Notes under the pieces: model-generated
The model's input: only the letters and a program-made list of their open reading frames with translations
The model's database searches: none
Told to the model about the DNA's origin: nothing
Shown here: positions 63,109-64,000 of the stretch, one piece after another
Layout of the letters: every line of letters begins with the position of its first letter
Numbering within the stretch: the stretch's first letter is position 1
Program-made: the position numbers and the translations under genes
Source: Opitutaceae bacterium
GTDB taxonomy: Bacteria; Verrucomicrobiota; Verrucomicrobiia; Opitutales; Coraliomargaritaceae
Assembly: GCA_051252375.1 (NCBI GenBank)
Contig: JBPOFY010000006.1
Coordinates: 1-64,000, forward strand
DNA length: 64,000 nucleotides
Reading direction: 5' to 3'

Positions 63109-64000
63109 ATGCCGACCGATCCGTTAGATAAGATTCCAAAAACTTTTGCCGAGCCGGTAGAAAGCTTTCTGGGTTGGCTGGAGTTGGAACGTGGGCTTTC
63201 GAAGAATACGATTTCATCTTACGCAAGTGATTTAGTGCAGTGCGCTACGTTTCTAAAGCAGGAGGGCGTCGCCGATTGGCAGGCTGTATCCGAGAGCTCT
63301 GTCAGTGCTTGGACCGCGCATCTAAGTCGAAAAGATTATGCGAGGACTAGTCAGGCGCGTAAATTGTCAGCCTTGCGGATGTTTGCTAAGCATCTTGTCC
63401 GGGAGAATATGCGAAAGGATGACTTCACCGAACTCTTGGGTGCGCCAAAGCTTTCTCGGAAGTTGCCGGAGGTGCTGACTCGTGAAGAAGTGGAGCGCTT
63501 ACTCAATGCGCCTGCGCAGACGACGCCACACGGTTTGCGGGATCGGGCGATCTTGGAGTTGTTTTATAGTAGCGGCCTGCGTGTCTCTGAACTGTGCGGT
63601 ATCCTGTTTCAGAATATTGATTTGGATGAAGGCTATGTGCGCGTATTTGGAAAAGGTTCAAAGGAGCGCATCGCGCCAATCGGCAGCGCAGCGATTAAGG
63701 CAGTTCGTGACTATGTGGCAGCGGGCCGCCCACAATTTATAAAAGCTAAAACCGGCAGTGAATTGTTTCTCAGTCAACAAGGACGAGCGATCTCGCGGAA
63801 GATGGTTTGGGTGTTGATCAAAGGTTATGCGGCTAAGGCTGGCATTGAAAAACCGATCAAGCCACACTTGTTGCGACATTCTTTTGCCACTCATTTACTC
63901 GAGGGTGGCGCGGATCTAAGAGCGATTCAAGAGATGCTCGGACATTCTGATATTTCGACAACACAGATCTATACCTCTGTTCAAGCAGCGCGCCTAGCGG
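63109..64000 (+). CDS. xerD: Site-specific tyrosine recombinase XerD, 3' truncated by the window
   Basis: Translated by hand: LERGLSKNTISSYASDL, RDRAILELFYSSGLRVSEL, GKGSKER, HLLRHSFATHLLEGGADLRAIQEMLGHSDISTTQIYT. Confidence 0.9.
   Translation, partial: MPTDPLDKIPKTFAEPVESFLGWLELERGLSKNTISSYASDLVQCATFLKQEGVADWQAVSESSVSAWTAHLSRKDYARTSQARKLSALRMFAKHLVRENMRKDDFTELLGAPKLSRKLPEVLTREEVERLLNAPAQTTPHGLRDRAILELFYSSGLRVSELCGILFQNIDLDEGYVRVFGKGSKERIAPIGSAAIKAVRDYVAAGRPQFIKAKTGSELFLSQQGRAISRKMVWVLIKGYAAKAGIEKPIKPHLLRHSFATHLLEGGADLRAIQEMLGHSDISTTQIYTSVQAARLA

Overview
A 64-kb bacterial chromosome segment, mostly housekeeping. Gene content and style suggest Verrucomicrobiota, probably Opitutales (inference, not a database result). 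It holds about 48 CDS, including glnII, ppc, metK-ahcY, mscS, moeB, rpmI-rplT, hppA, parC, pckG, uvrA, obgE, aas, alaS, leuB, pyrC, purD, mpl, argA and a partial xerD. It also has tRNA-Ala(GGC), tRNA-Phe(GAA) and many GTAG-type REP/REPIN intergenic repeats. I found no CRISPR array, transposase, prophage or reverse transcriptase. The most unusual structure lies between leuB and alaS: a frameshifted four-helix-bundle (23S-IVP/Avd-like) gene enclosed by two inverted arrays of 7-nt repeats. A diverged duplicate of its own 5' end sits just upstream, and a 42-nt run of the same heptamer is embedded in frame inside alaS. Related heptamer runs occur at other gene junctions. Also notable is a cluster with sigma54-type promoters: glnII back to back with a minimal kinase plus PP2C phosphatase, and ppc nearby.
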